Both the position numbers and the translations under genes were made by a program. Under the pieces are notes generated by a model that saw only the letters and a list, made by a program, of their open reading frames with translations, did no database searches and was not told where the DNA came from. Source: a virus (taxonomy: Duplodnaviria > Caudoviricetes). Taken from it: 57,054 nt of DNA. This document shows, one piece after another, positions 25,113 to 35,044 of the stretch. Location of the stretch: positions 1 through 57,054 of the IMG/VR virus record IMGVR_UViG_3300046787_000098, one strand, 5' to 3'. Within the stretch, counting starts at the first letter, position 1. Each line of letters starts with the position of its first letter.

Positions 25113-25310
25113 TCACAGCCCCAAAAGCTTTTTGACGAACTCGCCAGCCACCCCGGGGCCAAACAGCACACAGATCATCACCGCATACAGCAAGTACTCG
25201 ATCTTTGTCATGCGCTTGTCCCCATCACGCAAAGAGCGATCAATACTGTTGTATCGCTCAGTGCAAATAGCCTCATGCACGGCAAGCTTCGTCTCTACAG
25301 AGTCCATCAC
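25113..25310 (-). CDS. XhlA-like holin/hemolysin candidate
   Basis: HEAIC.ERY..I...L......M.KIE followed by TM helix. Confidence 0.6.
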   Translation of the reverse strand: MMDSVETKLAVHEAICTERYNSIDRSLRDGDKRMTKIEYLLYAVMICVLFGPGVAGEFVKKLLGL

Positions 25311-25831
25311 GCTGTCCAGTTTTGAGCCTGAACAACAGCAATGAGAGCCTCCACGTCAGTAGCTTCGGTGATCGCTGTTTCGAGGCGATTGCATTCAGCA
25401 ACGATAGCGGCACGAGCTGTAGCTACGTCTTCAGGAATGTCAACCATGCGTTCAAACTTACGGTACACGTACCAGTCAGTCTGAGACAACAAAGAGCCTG
25501 CTGTGGCTTTAACTTGGGCGATCCACTGTGACTTTAGACCTTTGGTCACCACAGGCTCTGTAGCGCCTTCAGGCGTTTCTGAGACGTCTTCCAAAGCCTT
25601 GGCTGTGTTGGTGTAGGTACGAACAACCTTGTCCACATCAAATTCGTGCTTGTCAAAGGTCACCCAGTAGAAGCGCTGGTCTTTCTGTTCACCCTCAACG
25701 ATGGGGAACACACCGTTTTCATAAGCCCATGCGTCATACGCATCGCCTGTAGGTTGAACAAATAAACCTGCTGAGAGAACAACGAGTTCTCCAACTTGGG
25801 TTACGTTTCCGTTTTTTACAAATGCGTACAT
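25307..25831 (-). CDS. Tail fibre assembly chaperone-like protein
   Basis: LLSQTDWY..R..E....IPE......RAAI motif; follows the fibre genes. Confidence 0.65.
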   Translation of the reverse strand: MYAFVKNGNVTQVGELVVLSAGLFVQPTGDAYDAWAYENGVFPIVEGEQKDQRFYWVTFDKHEFDVDKVVRTYTNTAKALEDVSETPEGATEPVVTKGLKSQWIAQVKATAGSLLSQTDWYVYRKFERMVDIPEDVATARAAIVAECNRLETAITEATDVEALIAVVQAQNWTA

Positions 25832-25834
25832 GAG

Positions 25835-28282
25835 TTACCTCGCTAAAGAATACTTGAATGGGGACGTGGCAAACGCCATAAAGATGTATGTCCCACCAGA
25901 AGCGTTTGAGCCATTATTAGTCTGGCGTAATTTAAACCCATTAGAAAGAATATCTATGGAATTTCCTGCACCAGTTGTATTTTCAGCGGCCGAATCGTTG
26001 GCGTATAAAACATTTATTGTTTGGTTATATGCGCTTCTTGTTGCGTCATTTATAACCCAATCGTTTGCAACATCTGTTCTTTTGAACATTACATAAGCAG
26101 GCCTGAAACCTGTAAAAACAAATGGGCCATCAGTAGAACCATTGCCTGTGTAAGAGCCAAACTTGCTATACCCTGCTACTTCTGCAAAGCAGTAGGCGAC
26201 AGATGCCGCACCATTTTGAATAATGTTAGTGTTTGTGTAAATAACACTTGATGTTGGATTACCACCAAGAGAGATACCACTTGCAACCGCATTTGTTGTA
26301 TTTAATGTCAGATAAGAGTTTGACATATTTGCCAAGGACTGATGCAACACAACCCAGTTTGTTACATTTGTTCTGTCTTTGTAAATCACCATTGCGGGTG
26401 CAACACCGAGCCCATGCCCAACAGTTCCTGATGAAGCATTGGTATAAGTCACCACACTAAATCCACTTGTAGTGTTTGCGCTTACTGTTGAAGTGATTGA
26501 CCCTGCTGTGTTGGTTGAGCCTGAACCAGCACCACTCCAAGACCAACCAACATAAGTTGCACCATTAGTTAAATAACCTGCGGGAACAGTGTAGCCATCT
26601 GCATTGAACGTAAGTGCAGTTCCAGCCGTACCCTCAGCCGCAGTTGAGTTTGTAATTAGATTCTTTGTGCCACCACGAACGGCATCAATAACAATGTTGT
26701 TTTCTGCGGCAGACCGACTTTTGAACCAAATTAAAGATGGTTGAAAAGCAAGACCTGATACTGTAATGTTGGCTGAAGCCGCACCAGCAAATAACGATGG
26801 GGTGAAATAAGCACCCGCCTGAGTCGCAGTAGTCGCACCAATGGTAGGCGTAGGCAAGTTCTGTGTGCAAAGTGCTTTGAAGCCTGATGGGGCTGTGTAG
26901 GCAAATGGGCGTTGACCGAAGTTGATGTTTGGTGTTGCGTTATTTAAACCAAGCGCAGGGAAATACGGGCCTGATGTTAAGCCAGTAAATGCCACACCTT
27001 GACTTGTGCCATTTTTGTAAAAAGTTAAACTTCCTGTATCAGCATCAAATGCAATGCCAATAATGTCTCCTGTCGTGTAACTTGCACCATAGGCAGTAGC
27101 AGTGCTATTTGTATATTTCTGACCACCAAAGTAATATGCCCATCCGTTTGTATCCGAACCAATGTAATTGGACAAAGTAGCCGCTGAAGTTCCGATACCA
27201 ATCATTATTTGGAAGCCATTGAAAGTGGTTTCCCAGTACCATTTTCCACTCGTCATTCCAAAAGTTGAACGCACAGACACCCATGTACCACTAGCGGTGA
27301 CATCAAGATTCCCATTTGCCAAAGTGATACTGGATTCTTTATCCAAAGGATTCAATGTGCAGTAATTCCCCCGCACAGTCCCACCCACACCAGTATCAGT
27401 TCCATACGATGTTGGGCTGTCAACCATTGAGTCGTTGCCAGCGCCAGCAGTCACGCTGAAGTTTGATGGCGTGAAGTTGTTGCCGTTACCAGACGAGTCA
27501 GCACCAAGCGTCGTAGCTGTTGTGTTGGTGTTGTCGTTAAACGTCAACTGGAACCCGTTCGTGCCATACGTCAGGTTCTTCTGTAGTGGTTGCCATACAC
27601 CTGTATTGACGTTGTATTCACCGAATGATGTTGGGTCTAGGGCTTGACCATCGACAAACTGTACGTTTGCCATGTAGCAATTCAACAAGAAACCAGATTG
27701 GCTAAGTCCAATTCTGGTTAGAGCATTGCTGTTTATGGTTGTATTTTGGTTTTGCGATGGATACGTTGCTGTGGCAAACGAAGTAACCTGTACGCCATTT
27801 ACATACAGTTTTGCGCGATTAGAACTCGTCGCCTGAGTTGAGTCATAGGCAACGACCAAATGGTACCAAGCAGAAGGATCTCTGAATACTTGCGTAGTGA
27901 TCAGATCAAGAACAACTGATGAGCTACTAACCATAAAGAAACGAAACTGGTCTGACGTGTTGAACCGAAACTCATCGTAATTAGCACTAGTAACGCTAGC
28001 ACCAAACAGGTTGTACTGATAATCAGACAAATTTGTTCTTTTGACCCAAGCGCTCCATGTCCAAGTTTTGAGGTTGCCTGAATACGTAGGTGTTCGGCTC
28101 AATGACGTTGAATCTGCTTGATTGAAACGCAACGAACGGCTGACCTGTGAAGGCGAGTTAGGCCACAGACCAGCTTGTTGGTACTGCTCCTGCTGTGACA
28201 GCGTCCAGATGCCTGTAGCGGACGTCTGTGAGGGTGTTGGTGGGTTGTAGGTTACAAAACCGCCGGGATACTTTTCGCTCAT
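25835..28282 (-). CDS. Tail fibre / receptor-binding protein with LamG and SPRY domains
   Basis: RSLRF...TWTWSAWVKR...FRDPSAWYH (LamG); SGKWYWE...GDIIGIAFDAD..G.LTFYKNG (SPRY). Confidence 0.85.
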   Translation of the reverse strand: MSEKYPGGFVTYNPPTPSQTSATGIWTLSQQEQYQQAGLWPNSPSQVSRSLRFNQADSTSLSRTPTYSGNLKTWTWSAWVKRTNLSDYQYNLFGASVTSANYDEFRFNTSDQFRFFMVSSSSVVLDLITTQVFRDPSAWYHLVVAYDSTQATSSNRAKLYVNGVQVTSFATATYPSQNQNTTINSNALTRIGLSQSGFLLNCYMANVQFVDGQALDPTSFGEYNVNTGVWQPLQKNLTYGTNGFQLTFNDNTNTTATTLGADSSGNGNNFTPSNFSVTAGAGNDSMVDSPTSYGTDTGVGGTVRGNYCTLNPLDKESSITLANGNLDVTASGTWVSVRSTFGMTSGKWYWETTFNGFQIMIGIGTSAATLSNYIGSDTNGWAYYFGGQKYTNSTATAYGASYTTGDIIGIAFDADTGSLTFYKNGTSQGVAFTGLTSGPYFPALGLNNATPNINFGQRPFAYTAPSGFKALCTQNLPTPTIGATTATQAGAYFTPSLFAGAASANITVSGLAFQPSLIWFKSRSAAENNIVIDAVRGGTKNLITNSTAAEGTAGTALTFNADGYTVPAGYLTNGATYVGWSWSGAGSGSTNTAGSITSTVSANTTSGFSVVTYTNASSGTVGHGLGVAPAMVIYKDRTNVTNWVVLHQSLANMSNSYLTLNTTNAVASGISLGGNPTSSVIYTNTNIIQNGAASVAYCFAEVAGYSKFGSYTGNGSTDGPFVFTGFRPAYVMFKRTDVANDWVINDATRSAYNQTINVLYANDSAAENTTGAGNSIDILSNGFKLRQTNNGSNASGGTYIFMAFATSPFKYSLAR

Positions 28283-28292
28283 CTTTTATCCT

Positions 28293-31200
28293 TTATCCGT
28301 TTGGTAGAGCCTGTGTTGGAGGCGTGAATGTCGTAGTGTACCGAGCGTACTTTGTAACTCTAAGATCATCAATGTAACCACTGAAATAATTGGCAGTTGA
28401 TCCTGCAACAAGTATTGACGAGCCAATTTGCACATTGGTATCAGTAAAATTATTGCTTCTGGTTCCTGATGCAACGCTACTTCCATTTACATATAGCGTT
28501 ACTGTAGTTCCACTGCGAACTGCCGCAATGTGCGTCCATGTATTTGCCGTAACCGTGCCTCCAGATAGAACGACACCACTAGCATAAAACAAAATGGCAT
28601 TTGATGAATACAGCCCGAAAAAATAACCAGTAGCAGATGCATCGGTCGTTCGCGTATCAAAGACACACTGCGTCCCACTTGATACAGTTGTATAAACCCA
28701 CGCCTCAATTGTGAAATCACCAGTGCCAAATACGCCAGTTAAGTTTGGTCTGCCTATTAGATAGTCACCCGTACCATCAAAATACATCGACGCTGTACCG
28801 TACTTCACCACGCTTGTGCTGATCTGTGCGTTACCAAGTGTCTCCAAGTCATTCATCATGGATTGATCCAAGATGGCTGAGTTGGTGGTAGACAGTAACA
28901 GTGATGTGTTTGCTGTCGGTGTCAGTGGTGCTGTTGGTGGTGTGAACGCAGATGTATAAAGTGCCGTGCCTTTGACAACTCGCAAATCAGCCATATAGCC
29001 AAGTAAATTTGATGGGCTATACAAGGGTGAAACACCTATGTATGGTGTTGGAGTGTCAGAAAAGTTATTGGCTTTTGTAAATGTTGCACTTACTGCGCCA
29101 TTAGAAAACAATCTAACAGTTGTTCCGCTTCTAGTAACAGCAACATGATTCCAAACATTGTAGTTAAGAACAGTTGAGCCTAAGTTAAATCCACCATCGG
29201 TATAGAAATTTAACTGATAACCAACACCAGTTGGATTCATGTTAAAAACAAAACCTGTGCTTGTTGAACCACTTGAACGCAATTCAATAATTACATCATT
29301 ATTGGCATTTACAAGAGGGGTGTTTATCCAACATTCAATAGTAAAGTCACCAGTACCCATAGCAAAAGCTGAATTGCTAGGTGCGGTCAAATAATCACCA
29401 CTACCATCAAAATACCCTGACCCACCAATCACGCTTGTGGAGTAGGCGGTAGAAGTACCAAATGGGTTGAAGCGTTGTACGCTTGGTGAAGTAGTTGGCG
29501 TGATTGTTAAAGCATTGCCACTATTGTCTATAAAACGATTGCTTTGACAGGTTAGCAAACTTGTTCCAGAGATTGCAGTCAGTGGAGTTGTGCTTGGGGT
29601 AAATGCGCTTGTATATACTGCTGTGCCTTTAACCAATCTAAAGTTAGAGACGTACCCGTCAACCACCTGTCCGCCAGCGGCAGAACCAGCCATAATTGAC
29701 ATTGCATTAGCATCCGCCACGGTAAAGTTTAATGTTACTGTTGTTCCAGCGACACCATTTTTATAAAGAATTAAATTGTTTCCGCTTCGCACCATTGCTA
29801 AATGTTGCCAAGAACCAATAGATGCTGTTTGACCAGAAGAAGTGCCAGAAATTCCCCATGTTCCCGTTCCTGACGCAACAAAAAACAAATAATTTCCACT
29901 TGAGTCTATTACTAAAGAGGCCCCCCCAGTAGTTCCATTACTTGTTCTTTTAGACCAAACAGTTTTATAGTTTCCGCCGCTTGGCAAACTTGCTGGGTTA
30001 AGCCAAGTCTCAATTGTGAAATTTCCAGCGCCTACCGAAAGAGCCGCATTATCTGCAACAAGCAAGTAACCATTTCCATCAGAATAGTTTGACCAGTTAG
30101 AACCATAAGGCGTGAATGTGCCTTGGGTTGTATTGCCGTTACGTGTGATGGCAAAGTTGTTCTGACTGCTGTCTTTAAAGCCACTGTTGTTGCCACCACC
30201 GTTGTATTGAGTGGTGAGCAGTTGGGTGTTTGTAATGGCTGTCAGAGGAGCACTTGGGACTGTGAGCGTTGTTCCAACACCGTATGGGTTTGAACCAATA
30301 ACAAAGCGCACGTCGCTCATGTAGCCCGGCACGTTGTCTCCGCCTGAGTACCCGCTTGCAATATACCAACCACCTGTTTGAGCGCCAACACTGCCAGCAA
30401 AAGACGCGGTGTTTTGTCGAGCACCATTCTTATACCCAGCAACAGTAGAGCCAGAGCGAGTCAACGCAATATGAAACCACTGTCCGACAGGAACAGAACC
30501 AAAACTGACTGAAAAGTTAAGCGCTGTGCTTGCTTCGTATGAATAAGCAGTGAGGTTATTGCTTGCGTCAACAAAGAAGCCAAGCTGGTAATAGCCTTGG
30601 TCTTGGCACAGAAAATTCTTGTTTACTAGCGCAGAAGGTACGTAGGCCCAGAACTCGATAGCAAAATCTTGGTTGGTCAGGTTCATTTGAGAGCCATACG
30701 CAACCTTCAAGCTGTCACCAGTCCCATCAAAGTACCCAGAGCCGTATGTCGCCACACTGCTTGGCAAAGCGAATGGTTGTGCGGTGGCTACTTGTGGTGT
30801 GCCATTCACAGTAATGGTGAAGGCATTGACGCTGTTATCAATGAAGCGGTTGTTTTGACTTGTCAACAAAGAAACTGTTCCTGATGAAACAGTGGTTGTC
30901 AGTGGTGTCGTGCTTGGCGTGAAGGTTGTCGTATAAAGAGCGCCCCCTTTTGTAATCCTTGCATTGGATATGTACCCAATCCAAATTTCACCAGAGGTTG
31001 TAGAGCCACCAATTTTGGGGCCAGTAGTACCACCATCACTCTGAGTAGATGAGTTTGTAAATGAGCCACCAGAAACACCATTGATCCAGTATGTCCATGT
31101 GTTTGTGCTACGTGTTAACGCAACATGATTCCATGCATTCAAAGTCAATGAATTTGTAGATGCGCCTACAAATGCAGTATTTGTATAGACGTTTAATGTT

Positions 31201-31721
31201 GTAGCACCAGACTGGCTAAGAAGTGCAAAACCATTTGCGCCGCCAGTTGTGCGTATTTCAATGATTGGTCGAGTACCAGAGGTGGATGTTGGATAGACCC
31301 AAGCCTCAACAGTAAAGTCACCAGTACCAAAGTTGAAAACAGTATTTGCTGGCGCGTTCAAATATTGACCGCTTGTACCATCAAAGTAGTTGCTGTAGTA
31401 GCCAGTGCCTAAATATGGGCTGAAGTTATTAGACCGTGCATCACCGTTGATGGTGACGTTAAAGTTGTTTGTCGATGCGTCAGTATTGAACGCTGTCACA
31501 GTAGGCGTAGCGCCGCCACCAGAGCCGTTATTAGCGCCAGCAGAGCCATCACCATGCAACAACATGGTCACGTAGTTGAACTGCGGATCACGCACGAAAG
31601 GCCATGTGCTCGTGCCATTGGCTTGCATTTGCTGTTGGAGCGTCCACGCCCCACTTGCCGTCAAGCTAGTTGGCGTATTCGCAGTGGCTGATAGACGACT
31701 GCCTTTGTATCGCATCGACAT
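28293..31721 (-). CDS. Tail fibre / receptor-binding protein with five LamG (concanavalin A-like) repeats
   Basis: Five YFDG.GD...GDFT(I/V)E.W...W.H.A..R..G....Y.NG...GY.S..R..KG type units. Confidence 0.85.
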   Translation of the reverse strand: MSMRYKGSRLSATANTPTSLTASGAWTLQQQMQANGTSTWPFVRDPQFNYVTMLLHGDGSAGANNGSGGGATPTVTAFNTDASTNNFNVTINGDARSNNFSPYLGTGYYSNYFDGTSGQYLNAPANTVFNFGTGDFTVEAWVYPTSTSGTRPIIEIRTTGGANGFALLSQSGATTLNVYTNTAFVGASTNSLTLNAWNHVALTRSTNTWTYWINGVSGGSFTNSSTQSDGGTTGPKIGGSTTSGEIWIGYISNARITKGGALYTTTFTPSTTPLTTTVSSGTVSLLTSQNNRFIDNSVNAFTITVNGTPQVATAQPFALPSSVATYGSGYFDGTGDSLKVAYGSQMNLTNQDFAIEFWAYVPSALVNKNFLCQDQGYYQLGFFVDASNNLTAYSYEASTALNFSVSFGSVPVGQWFHIALTRSGSTVAGYKNGARQNTASFAGSVGAQTGGWYIASGYSGGDNVPGYMSDVRFVIGSNPYGVGTTLTVPSAPLTAITNTQLLTTQYNGGGNNSGFKDSSQNNFAITRNGNTTQGTFTPYGSNWSNYSDGNGYLLVADNAALSVGAGNFTIETWLNPASLPSGGNYKTVWSKRTSNGTTGGASLVIDSSGNYLFFVASGTGTWGISGTSSGQTASIGSWQHLAMVRSGNNLILYKNGVAGTTVTLNFTVADANAMSIMAGSAAGGQVVDGYVSNFRLVKGTAVYTSAFTPSTTPLTAISGTSLLTCQSNRFIDNSGNALTITPTTSPSVQRFNPFGTSTAYSTSVIGGSGYFDGSGDYLTAPSNSAFAMGTGDFTIECWINTPLVNANNDVIIELRSSGSTSTGFVFNMNPTGVGYQLNFYTDGGFNLGSTVLNYNVWNHVAVTRSGTTVRLFSNGAVSATFTKANNFSDTPTPYIGVSPLYSPSNLLGYMADLRVVKGTALYTSAFTPPTAPLTPTANTSLLLSTTNSAILDQSMMNDLETLGNAQISTSVVKYGTASMYFDGTGDYLIGRPNLTGVFGTGDFTIEAWVYTTVSSGTQCVFDTRTTDASATGYFFGLYSSNAILFYASGVVLSGGTVTANTWTHIAAVRSGTTVTLYVNGSSVASGTRSNNFTDTNVQIGSSILVAGSTANYFSGYIDDLRVTKYARYTTTFTPPTQALPNG

Positions 31722-31734
31722 AGGATGCTCCTAA

Positions 31735-32157
31735 TTATGGTGATGTGATTGCTTCAAATGATGCTGTGAAGTTTATCGCATTCGCGGTTCCAACGGTCAC
31801 ACCAACTGACTGATATTGAGTGACGTAGAACGATGTTGTCTTGTCCACAATGATCAGTGAAGAGTTAGCAGGAACGCTGATCTGGTATGCAATGTAGTAG
31901 GGTGTACCGCTTGCAAAAACAGAGTTGTTCGATACCGCAACGGTCACAGCAACAGCAGAGGATGTGACGTTAGATGCAACGATGTTGTTGATCTTGTTCA
32001 CAGTACCTGACGCTGGGTTCAGACCGGGCAACGAGACAGTACCGCTCGTGCTTGGGTCAGCGTATGTCCATGTTGCAACGGCTGTGGTCACGGATGGCGA
32101 AATGTACGCCGTGGTTCCATTGATGACCGTTACGTTAACGATATTTGGGTTTGCCAT
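31735..32157 (-). CDS. Virion structural protein (fibre-associated)
   Basis: MANPNIVNVT.I.G.T...YIAYQISVPANSSL family pattern. Confidence 0.65.
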   Translation of the reverse strand: MANPNIVNVTVINGTTAYISPSVTTAVATWTYADPSTSGTVSLPGLNPASGTVNKINNIVASNVTSSAVAVTVAVSNNSVFASGTPYYIAYQISVPANSSLIIVDKTTSFYVTQYQSVGVTVGTANAINFTASFEAITSP

Positions 32158-32167
32158 TTATAGCTCC

Positions 32168-32548
32168 TTAGAATCCGAAAATCATCGCCATCGCAATGGC
32201 TTTACCAGTTGAAATACCACTTGCCGCTGGCGCTTGGGATACCCAAGTTGTGCCATTAGAGGTCAAGACGTTGCCTGAAGTGCTTGGCGCAACAGCTTGC
32301 AAAGCAGAGGTTCCGTTACCCAACAGCACGTTGTTTGCTGTCAGCGTTGTGGATCCTGTACCACCAGCAGAAACTGGCGTTGTCTTCCACGCAATGACTT
32401 GCACCGCATTAGAGCTGTCTTTGTAAAAGAGCTTACCATCGGCTGTGTTAATTGCCAACTCACCAGCGGCTAAATTGCCTGCTGTGGGCGCGTTTGTTGT
32501 TGTCGCGCTGTAGTAAAGCTGAATGGGTGTGTAGCCTGTTTGTGCCAT
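32168..32548 (-). CDS. Short fibre protein with Mtd/hyaluronidase-type N-terminal domain
   Basis: P..GNL.AGELAINTADGKLFYKD; GGTG repeat; ends AIAMAMIFGF. Confidence 0.7.
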   Translation of the reverse strand: MAQTGYTPIQLYYSATTTNAPTAGNLAAGELAINTADGKLFYKDSSNAVQVIAWKTTPVSAGGTGSTTLTANNVLLGNGTSALQAVAPSTSGNVLTSNGTTWVSQAPAASGISTGKAIAMAMIFGF

Positions 32549-34695
32549 TAGAAGGTTCCTCCTGAGATGCCTGACCATACGGGTGTCGAAGAACCCGCCG
32601 ATGTTAATACTTGACCTGCCGTTCCGTTGGCAATAAAGCCTGTCGCTCCAGCACCAGTTTGATACGCAATTTGACTTGCCGCACCGCCTGCAATGTTTGT
32701 CGCAGTTGTTGCTGTTGTGGCTGTCGTAGCAGTTGTAGCCGCACCCACAGTGATTGATGCAGGGTTGGTGTACTGAGGCGCAGTTCCGTTCGATGTAAGG
32801 ATATACGTCGAAGCACCTACAGTTAGCTTGTCAAGGGTTGTTGTGGTGTTTGCAAACAGCAAGTCACCAACAGCAAATGACGTGATGCCAGTGCCACCAA
32901 CTGTAGGAGCAACAGAACCTGAAGTGATCTGTGATCCAGCAATTGCAATAGAAACATCAGCCGCCGCAGTCAGTTGACCTTGGGCATTGACTGAGTATGT
33001 TGGAACAGTAGCCGCCCCACCGTAGGAGCCAGACGTAACCGCTGTGTTGGCGATATTGAACGTGTAGGCTGGCGACTCATTCAGACCAGTGCCAGCAGAG
33101 TACGTCAAAGGCGCACCGAACTGTTGGAAAACAATTGCTGTTGTGCCGACAACAATAGGTAGTGGTGTCTGCTGTACCCATGAGGTATTTGCTAGGGTAG
33201 AGCCTGCGGTGATCAGGAAGAAGTCACCAGCATCAATCTGATCTACGCCTACGCCTGAAGAATCAAAGTCAGTCGCACGGGTCAGGATGTACGGAGCACC
33301 AGCAGAACCTGTCTGAGTGACCGTGTACACGCCATTGTTAGCTTGCGCGGCTTCGTTCTTAATCAGGACACGGTTGGTTGCCGCAACTGCTACACCGTCA
33401 ATGCTTAAAGCACCATTAGCATTCGCAGTCAACGTCGCACCAACACCAGACGAGCCGTTGTTGTACGTATTAGCCGCTAGAGCTGTAGTCGTTGCCAATC
33501 GGCATGACTGGTGGAAGTTAATACCTGAAGCAATCGCATCAGCATAGGTTTTGTTGACAATATCGTTGCCAGTTGTTGGAGCGGTGGTGATCGTTCCAGA
33601 GGTCATGGCGACCGATGTGAACGCACCAGTAGATGGCGTTGTCGCACCAACTGAAGTGTTGTCAACAGTGCTACCAGTAACCGTAGCGCTAGATACTGAA
33701 GCGCCGCTGATTGTTCCGCCAGTGATCGCCACAGCATTAGCGTCTTGCGTGGACATAGTCCCCAAGCCAGTGATCTGTGTGTTGGCGATTGCAATAGGCG
33801 TCTCAGCCATTGCTGTCAACTGACCTTGAGCGTTAACTGTGGCTGTCAGGGTCTTGGATGCCGCACCGTATGAACCAGCAGTCACAGCGGTATCGGCAAT
33901 TGAGATTGTGCCTGTGGAGGTGATCGGGCCACCTGTCAGACCAGTGCCAGTCAGAATAGATGTAACGCCAGAACCAGAAGCCAATGACGTCCAAGCACCG
34001 TTCAAATAAGCCTCAAGCAACGCAATGGTTGTGTTGTAGCGAAGCGTACCGTTGGTTGGGGATACTGCGCGGTCACCAGTGGTTCCAGAGGGTAGGACTA
34101 CGCCAGCGGAGCCGGGCAACGCTGGGTTATCCGTAATCGCAAATGTTGGGTTACCAGCAGATCCATCACCGTTCGTGACTGTGATCTGACCAGACGTCCC
34201 AAGCAGGTCACGACCAGTAACAGCCGTACCACTAGAAGTCAGAGCCAGAACACCCGTACCAGACAGCGCGGCAATAGATGCGGCAACGCCTGTTAGCTGG
34301 AAGGTTGGGTTACCAGACACGCCATCAGGGTTGGAGATGCTTAAACCGCTTCCAGACGTCTGAAATGTACGTCCTGTTACCGCGCCACCAGTTTTGGCAA
34401 TCATGCCGTTGGAGGACGATTCAAGGCTTCCTGAGACGCCATTTAGGGTGATCTGAAGGGTAGACTGAGCGCCACCATCAACCAAACCTACACCAGTACC
34501 GCCAGACAGCGCTCGGCTGTTGGCAAGTGTTGGCTCTTGGTTGAGCGTCAGGAACGTCTGTGTTTGGTTAGGCGATGATGAGATCGCGGACGTGGTTGTC
34601 TGTACGGTCTGACCATTTTGAACGATAGGAACGAGCTCCGTGCCCGTAATCGCGCCAGCCTGTGGGAGTTGGGTAATCGTTACTTGTGCGGACAT
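32548..34695 (-). CDS. Tail fibre shaft protein
   Basis: Repeated VTAGSYG...VNAQGQLT; RVLIKNE.....NGVY....LTRATDFD; ends GGTF. Confidence 0.8.
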   Translation of the reverse strand: MSAQVTITQLPQAGAITGTELVPIVQNGQTVQTTTSAISSSPNQTQTFLTLNQEPTLANSRALSGGTGVGLVDGGAQSTLQITLNGVSGSLESSSNGMIAKTGGAVTGRTFQTSGSGLSISNPDGVSGNPTFQLTGVAASIAALSGTGVLALTSSGTAVTGRDLLGTSGQITVTNGDGSAGNPTFAITDNPALPGSAGVVLPSGTTGDRAVSPTNGTLRYNTTIALLEAYLNGAWTSLASGSGVTSILTGTGLTGGPITSTGTISIADTAVTAGSYGAASKTLTATVNAQGQLTAMAETPIAIANTQITGLGTMSTQDANAVAITGGTISGASVSSATVTGSTVDNTSVGATTPSTGAFTSVAMTSGTITTAPTTGNDIVNKTYADAIASGINFHQSCRLATTTALAANTYNNGSSGVGATLTANANGALSIDGVAVAATNRVLIKNEAAQANNGVYTVTQTGSAGAPYILTRATDFDSSGVGVDQIDAGDFFLITAGSTLANTSWVQQTPLPIVVGTTAIVFQQFGAPLTYSAGTGLNESPAYTFNIANTAVTSGSYGGAATVPTYSVNAQGQLTAAADVSIAIAGSQITSGSVAPTVGGTGITSFAVGDLLFANTTTTLDKLTVGASTYILTSNGTAPQYTNPASITVGAATTATTATTATTATNIAGGAASQIAYQTGAGATGFIANGTAGQVLTSAGSSTPVWSGISGGTF

Positions 34696-34696
34696 A

Positions 34697-35044
34697 TCAT
34701 GGGCTCAGTTGGTCATTGTTACCGTTATTCTCAGGATCCTGAGTATTGCCTTCGGTCGAGATGATGAAGCTACCACCAGTGATACCGTTTTGGGTAGTGA
34801 CAATGTTGTTGTCATTGGCGGCAACGCTCACGTCAGGACGTGGGAATCTGATCGTTATTCTCTCAGTTTTACGGGCTGGTAGTCTATAGGGATCGATCTC
34901 ATCTGCACAACCTTGCCCACAGACTTGGAGGCCGGGGAAATTCGGGTCAGCTCTCATCTCCGCATGGGCACGCTTCATCTTGCATCTATCGCAAATAGCA
35001 ATAGACAAAGTTGAAAGCCCACGGGTATCGAGAAAAACTGGCAT
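34697..35044 (-). CDS. Zn-ribbon-containing virion protein
   Basis: AICDRC...GLQVC..GC.D..DP...RPD motif. Confidence 0.65.
   Translation of the reverse strand: MPVFLDTRGLSTLSIAICDRCKMKRAHAEMRADPNFPGLQVCGQGCADEIDPYRLPARKTERITIRFPRPDVSVAANDNNIVTTQNGITGGSFIISTEGNTQDPENNGNNDQLSP

Noticed and set aside
25835-31721. Diversity-generating retroelement acting on fibre genes
   Set aside because: No reverse transcriptase, and no template/variable repeat pair differing at adenines was seen.
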